A DNA stretch of 64,000 nucleotides, taken from the human T2T-CHM13v2.0 reference genome, Homo sapiens. Where the stretch lies: NCBI RefSeq assembly GCF_009914755.1, contig NC_060932.1, one strand, 5' to 3'. The translations under genes were made by a program, and so were the position numbers. Below the pieces are notes generated by a model, which was not told the DNA's origin, ran no database searches, and saw only the letters and a list, made by a program, of their open reading frames with translations. Within the stretch, counting starts at the first letter, position 1. Each line of letters starts with the position of its first letter. Below are positions 60,569 to 64,000 of the stretch, piece after piece.

Positions 60569-61193
60569 CTAAACAAGTTAACATACCATGAAAATTTTAG
60601 AGATATTTGCCAGTGTAAAATCGCTTCAGCCTTCTACTGTATTTCATTCAATTCACTAACAGGTGGAGATTCCCCCACTGTTGGAAGGGGAACCAGATGA
60701 GGGAATCTGCCACGTTGTTTTTCTTTTATACTCCACGGACCACACCCAACAATAAATACCTTTAAAAATGCACTTTAAAAATATTCCTTATTAATAAACC
60801 AAATAAACTCTTAAAATTTACCCAGCTCATACTATTACTGACAAAAAACTGATATATCATGCCTGACAAGATCCTATCCAAAGACCTAAATTATACTCCC
60901 TACTACCTGTCACTGACTGTTTTATTTTATGCTTTTATCCTATTTTATTTTTTCTCTCACTCTGGGCAAATATAAACTGAAGGTCAACCAAGCCAAAAAA
61001 AAATGTACTCCTAAATATGGGACACTTAGTGGAGAACTCCTTTACCTAAAAAGGCAGATCTTTTACACACAAAATATAGGGTAGGAAGGAGGAAAAGAAC
61101 CTGTCATTACCATGGTACTGATTTCTTTGCAGCCCTGAACAAAGGTTAAGGTGAAGCTCCCTAAATTTCTAAAAGTTTTCTCACCCTACAACA

Positions 61194-61425
61194 CAGGTTG
61201 AGTTACCTGAAATGCTTGGGACCAGAAGTGTTTTGGGTTTCAGATTTTTTTGGATTTTGGACTGTCTGCATTATACCGAATGAGCATCCTAATCCCAAAA
61301 TCCAAAATGTGGAATTCTCCAATGAGCATTTCCTTTGTGTATGACCTCTGAGCGTCATCTTGGCACTCAAAAAGTTTTGGATTTGGAGCATTTTGAATTT
61401 CAGATTAGAAATATTCAGCCCATAC
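61194..61425. mobile_element. MER46/Tigger4-type MITE
   Basis: caggttgag..gaaatgcttgggaccagaagtgtttt..ggatttggagcatttt. Confidence 0.75.
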
Positions 61426-61737
61426 CAGAATTATCTTGTGAATATGTAATAAGAATGTTCTTATTAAATGTTAATTCAATTGGTAGATGGGTGTGGAGAA
61501 GATGTAAACATAGATGAGACCTACCTTAAAGTTGGAAATGTAACTATCAAAATATGAAGGGGAAAAAATCGCTGTAATTTATATAAATGAAGGAAAAAAA
61601 ACCCCAAGTTTCTTATTTCCCCAAACTAAATAAAAATCAGGCAGCATCATCAGCTGAAAATACTCATGACAAGGTGGTGGTAGCCTATAAATTTGTAAGA
61701 TTAACAGGATTTCTCCCCCTCCCCACCCCTCCATTTA

Positions 61738-61956
<219 letters not shown>

Positions 61957-63024
61957 TTAACCGAAGTGTATTTAAAAAGCACAGAGTATTTAAAATGAAA
62001 CAGTGGCAGGAAAGCAATGTGAAGTAAAATATGTATTGGCACCATTTAAAGGTTAGCATACTTACTACTAAATAAGTATGCATCTGGCATACTTCCAAAT
62101 ACAATCCTTAAGTTGCTCTGGCAATGAAACACACTTAGCTGATGAAAGGCTAACCAGGATGTGCCAAAACAGAAGCTTACTTTTAGTCTATATTAGCATT
62201 TACTGAACTGGGTTTTGATGAATGCTAATGACTTGAGATGTGAAGACAAATTCCTCGAAAAAATATCTCATTGTCAAATTAGTTCAGGAAATGCTGGGAA
62301 ATAGGTTTCTTTATTGTAGCCTTTAAGTTGCTAATATGTACAAAACTCTCCAAGGATATACAGTATGTTGTGTTTCCAAAATTTATTGTACCATAAGCCC
62401 CCTTCCCGTTTTTAGAATTCCTATGAATATCTCTAACAATTTATGTTCTTTGGAACACAGCCAGGGAAATAATGACCTACACCACTGAAAATTTTTCACT
62501 AGGTCACTTTGAGTAATCATACTTGTAATTAATATAAACAGAAACAAGTGACTTCTGGTAGAACAAACAGAGATAATGAAAATAATACCAAGTTCCAGAA
62601 CTAATCTAGGTATAATGAAACTCTTCCATGCTACCAATTGAAAGAAAACTATAAGATAGTACGAGAGACACATGCTGTACTATAAGGAACATAGATTCTG
62701 AAATATTAAAGACCTGTGTTTCAATCATGTCTTCACCAGTTAATGGGGTAAATTATTTCATATTTCTTTGCCTGGGTTTCTTCATGAGTAACAGAAATAA
62801 TGAGGTCTATGAGGAACCACCAAAACACACATACAAGACATAAAGAATAAAACTGGTACTCAATAAGTGGTAGTTATTACTAATTTTGTTACTAATTGAT
62901 AACATGTCTCCAACTTTTGAGTGACTTGAGTAATATGAAAGGAGTAGCAGCTTCTGGTTCCCCTACCCAGAAGTTGCTTTCTCCTCTCCAAATTAGAACA
63001 CCCTGGAATAGATTAAACTGGATA

Positions 63025-63241
63025 GGCTGGGTGCAGTGGCTCACACCTGTAATCCCAGCACTTTGGGAGGCCGAGGCGGGTGGATCACGAGGTCAGGAGT
63101 TCGAGACTAGCCTGGCCAACATGGTGAAACCTCGTCTCTACTAAAAATACAAAAATAAGCTGGGCACGGTGGCGGGTGCCTATAATCCCAGCTACTCGGG
63201 AGGCTGAGGCAGGAGAATCACTTGAACCTGAGAGGTCAAAA
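63025..63241 (+). mobile_element. AluS with deleted distal right arm
   Basis: TSD aaactggata at 63015-63024 and 63242-63251. Confidence 0.9.
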
Positions 63242-63421
63242 AAACTGGATAATTCCGAAGCAAGTTTTGCATTAATAAGTATAACATGAAAAATATATTC
63301 AGTAATAAAATACATTATGAAAACTGTTACACTGAAAACAGACGCTTTCTTAAGAGGACTTTTGGAGCTTCAATATGCTAATGTTTGATGTGCTAAATAC
63401 CACTATAGCTTTTATATATTA

Positions 63422-63580
<159 letters not shown>

Positions 63581-64000
63581 GAATTTACATATGTAAAGAT
63601 TGTGGAAAGACTCAGAAAAAAACTAACAATGATTATTAGAAACTGAGTTCCTATCTCATTCCCCAGAGTACTTATTCCAAAACGTTTTCTCTCTGCACCC
63701 AATTACATCTCTTCCTATGATTCTCTCCCCACCTCCCCTTAACAAATGACTTCCACCTACTACTTAGCTAAAAATCAGGTAATTTAACACAGGCTCCCTG
63801 TCTCTTGCAGCACCACAAAAATACATCTCTTCCTGCCTTCAACAGTATCTTCCTCCACTAAGTATTTTAACATTCCTTTTTCAATTTTGTGCACACAACT
63901 GGATCTTCCCCATTATCCAATAAACATTCAAATATTTTCACACACACACACAAAATCTTCCTTCACCTCTTGCTACACCTCAGCTCGTGTTCATTTTCTT

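Overview
Primate (almost certainly human) genomic DNA lying entirely inside ARFGEF1 (BIG1, brefeldin A-inhibited Arf GEF 1), transcribed on the minus strand. I could trace 26 consecutive coding exons, from 61741-61916 down to 1051-1123. All have GT-AG boundaries and consistent phases, and together they encode the HUS domain, the complete Sec7 domain (FRLPGE glutamate finger) and the HDS region. Exon numbers 8-33 follow my recollection of the canonical transcript. The introns are AT-rich and packed with Alus, MIR/L2, Tigger1/Tigger3/MER DNA transposons, MaLR LTRs and a ~7 kb old L1. The most unusual items are: (i) that L1 lacks its 3' end and is fused directly to an RPL15 mRNA 3' fragment, apparently at one insertion site; (ii) intron 23 holds candidate stop-containing (poison) exons flanking a long UC-rich tract; (iii) exon 33 contains an in-frame internal GTAAGT donor; (iv) several local template-switch or duplication scars. 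No prokaryotic-type systems, CRISPR arrays or RNA genes were seen. Repeat subfamily calls are from memory of consensus sequences, and their boundaries are approximate.
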